Shown here piece by piece: positions 62,022 through 64,000 of a DNA stretch of 64,000 bases; position 1 is the first letter of the stretch; every line of letters begins with the position of its first letter. The position numbers and the translations under genes are program-made. The stretch spans positions 1 to 64,000 of the forward strand of contig CAWJZV010000022.1 in NCBI GenBank assembly GCA_963847445.1, in the 5' to 3' direction. This DNA comes from an uncultured delta proteobacterium. Lineage in GTDB: Bacteria > Desulfobacterota > Binatia > UBA9968. The notes below the pieces were generated by a model. It ran no database searches, was not told the DNA's origin, and saw only the letters and a list, made by a program, of their open reading frames with translations.

Positions 62022-62570
62022 ATGATGACCGGTCGTATCAGCAATTCAAAAGGTCGAGCGCTGGTTTTGTTGGCAGTGGCAGTTCCGATGATGCTCCTGT
62101 TGGCACTCGGCGCCATGGAAGTCTCGCGCGCCATCAGCGTCAACAGCACTCTGGTACAGTTCACCCGTGAAGCGGGGAACTTGACTTCCGGTGGCACCGA
62201 GGTGAACCGCTCTCTGAAAGCGGCTATCGCCGCCACGTCATCGACTTTGCACGACAACAATAAGCAGCAGTGGAAGGTGATTTACTCCCAGCTCCGCAAA
62301 CAATCAGGCGACGCCTGTTCGGCGAAAACCTGTTTGTATCAGGTCGAAAGCCAAGTCGAGCTGGGGGATCTCAAAGGACAAAGCCATATCGGCGCGGCAA
62401 GAAAGCCGGTGATCATCGCCGGCATGGACGAGATCGAGCCCAACCGGATTTTTCACTCAATCGAAGTTTTTTACGATTATCGTCCGGAGTTTTTCAGCCT
62501 GCTTAGTAAGCTGATCGATCTAAAGTTCTACGAAAAAACCGTTTACACCGATCTCGCTGCGCTTCGCTGA
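62022..62570 (+). CDS. TadE-family minor pilin, divergent paralog of 59941-60603
   Basis: SKG/RALVLL; LVQFTREAGN; WKVIYSQL; SIEVFYDY; AAGGAG RBS. Confidence 0.85.
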   Translation: MMTGRISNSKGRALVLLAVAVPMMLLLALGAMEVSRAISVNSTLVQFTREAGNLTSGGTEVNRSLKAAIAATSSTLHDNNKQQWKVIYSQLRKQSGDACSAKTCLYQVESQVELGDLKGQSHIGAARKPVIIAGMDEIEPNRIFHSIEVFYDYRPEFFSLLSKLIDLKFYEKTVYTDLAALR

Positions 62571-62632
62571 CAAGGAGCGGGGGATGTCAGATGTCCTCAC
62601 AGCGCTCTTATTGGCATTAGAAAGTTTCAATG

Positions 62633-62667
62633 AAAAAGGGAGTCGGATTATTAATCCGACTCCCTTT
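62633..62667. terminator. terminator between convergent genes
   Basis: AAAAAGGGAGTCGGATT-ATT-AATCCGACTCCCTTT. Confidence 0.85.
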
Positions 62668-62701
62668 GACTTCCGCGTAGCGACCTGGCTAACGATCGCG
62701 C

Positions 62702-63046
62702 CTAATATTCAGTCTGGCGCGGCCGCTGGATCTGTTGGTTATTGCGATTGATCGTCTGCTGGTTCTGTTGAATCTGCTGCTGGTTCGCCTCGTACTGTTG
62801 CTGTTGTTCTTGCCCCTGCATGCGATCGCCGATCAAAGCACCGGCGCCCAAACCGACGGCACCGCCGATGGCCGCGCCGGTACCGGGCCGGCCCACCGCA
62901 GCGCCAATTAACCCGCCCGCCGCGGCGCCACCCAGCGCGCCGATACCCGCGCCTTTTTCACGAGTCGTCAGTGAACCGCCGGAACAACCGGCGAAGATCA
63001 TCCCAGCCACTCCAAGCGCCATCCATCGTTGGGTCATCACTTTCAT
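62702..63046 (-). CDS. glycine-zipper lipoprotein with a Gln-rich tail
   Basis: Lipobox FAGC; GAGIGALGGAAAGGLIG; AGGAGG RBS. Confidence 0.9.
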   Translation of the reverse strand: MKVMTQRWMALGVAGMIFAGCSGGSLTTREKGAGIGALGGAAAGGLIGAAVGRPGTGAAIGGAVGLGAGALIGDRMQGQEQQQQYEANQQQIQQNQQTINRNNQQIQRPRQTEY

Positions 63047-63095
63047 ATAGCCTCCTGTGAATCTGATGTGACTCAAAAACCTCAGTCTCTTTGAG

Positions 63096-63111
63096 AGCAA
63101 TGTCATTGCCA
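63096..63111 (-). promoter_or_regulatory. sigma54 promoter for the glycine-zipper gene
   Basis: - strand TGGCAATGACATTGCT (GG-N10-GC, TTGCT). Confidence 0.6.
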
Positions 63112-63221
63112 AACCGTTTAGCTCAATTTGAATGTAACTTGGTCATAATCGGGGAAGGATTGGATGTAATTTTAGCTGAATTTTTGGCCACTTTAGCGTG
63201 CCGTTTGGCTCAGGTCCGCGG

Positions 63222-63542
63222 TTATTTTCCCCGCGCCATGGCTTCGATATCGGCGATGGTCGGTGTAGCCAAGCGAAAAGCGCGGTGGGCGCGCCACTCC
63301 AAAACTTCCATCTCGCGGATACCGCGCTGGTGGTGCGGGTCGGTGGCGGCGAGGTTTTTTGCCTCTTCTAGATTCGCTGCCAGCATGACGTAGACGCCGT
63401 AGCGGCCGTCGGTGGTTGGGCCGGAAAACATTAATCGCCCGGCCTTATGCTGATCGTCGAGCCACTGGCGATGATCCTCGTAATTGCGTTGCTTGTCTTC
63501 TTCCCGTTCCGGCAACGAGCGCGACATGACGAGATACCACAT
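63222..63542 (-). CDS. YciI family protein
   Basis: HRQWL...GRLMFSGP...AATDP. Confidence 0.88.
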   Translation of the reverse strand: MWYLVMSRSLPEREEDKQRNYEDHRQWLDDQHKAGRLMFSGPTTDGRYGVYVMLAANLEEAKNLAATDPHHQRGIREMEVLEWRAHRAFRLATPTIADIEAMARGK

Positions 63543-63668
63543 GGTGACTTCTCCTTTTTTCCCTAATTCAGTTCCTGCGCTTCATCTTAACCGGCGCTAA
63601 CAGTGATTTCTACTTGCTTCGTCGATTCGCCGAGGATAATAGATGGGTAAATTGATGGAGGACCGGCA

Positions 63669-64000
63669 ATGATCATCGATGTCCATGGACATGTATCGGC
63701 GCCCACCGAGTTGTGGGCCTACAAGGCGAATATCTTATCGGCGCGCGGTTCCCATGGCCGCGGCGGCGTCAATGTTACCGACGACGAGATTCGCGCGGCG
63801 GCGAATCGCAAAGAAAACTGGGCTAAAGGCCATCTCGACTATCTCAAAGACCACGGCACGGACCTGCAATTGATCTCGCCCCGGCCGTTTCAGCTCATGC
63901 AATCGGAGAAGCCGGCGAAACTGGTGCACTGGTTCGCCGAGGAGTGCAACAACATCATCGCCCGGCAGATGAAGCTGTTCCCTGGGACGTTTCTCGGTGT
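63669..64000 (+). CDS. amidohydrolase_2 family protein (LigJ-like N-terminus), runs off the window
   Basis: GGAGG RBS; MIIDVHGHVSAP...HLDYLKDHGTDLQLISPRP. Confidence 0.82.
   Translation, partial: MIIDVHGHVSAPTELWAYKANILSARGSHGRGGVNVTDDEIRAAANRKENWAKGHLDYLKDHGTDLQLISPRPFQLMQSEKPAKLVHWFAEECNNIIARQMKLFPGTFLG

Noticed and set aside
62720-62815. CAG-rich repeat as a contingency locus
   Set aside because: It is an imperfect codon repeat encoding the Gln-rich coiled tail of the lipoprotein.

Overview
A GC-rich bacterial chromosomal segment. Its gene content (many orphan SsuA/THI5-type binding proteins, amidohydrolase_2 enzymes, UbiD, LLM, cupins, VOC proteins) resembles Candidatus Binatia / deltaproteobacterial MAGs; this taxonomy is inference only. 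Many genes are split by single-base indels, most likely long-read consensus errors. I found no rRNA, tRNA, CRISPR array or intact IS element. The main signals are: (1) a Tad minor-pilin/vWA cassette (59.3-62.6 kb) with a predicted sigma54 promoter and two near-identical c-di-GMP-II-type riboswitches, one in the leader and one inside the operon before a divergent pilin paralog; (2) a TlpA/thioredoxin-like gene missed by the ORF track, with an in-frame TGA in a UxxC motif and a SECIS-like hairpin, lying between a decayed GDCCVxC-family gene and an ACR3-like 3' fragment; (3) modABC behind an XRE-HTH/PBP regulator with a palindromic operator; (4) 13 substrate-binding proteins without a cognate permease, five tandem gene duplications, many palindromic intergenic repeats (one translated in-frame) and several orphan gene ends; (5) a candidate sRNA at about 128-292.
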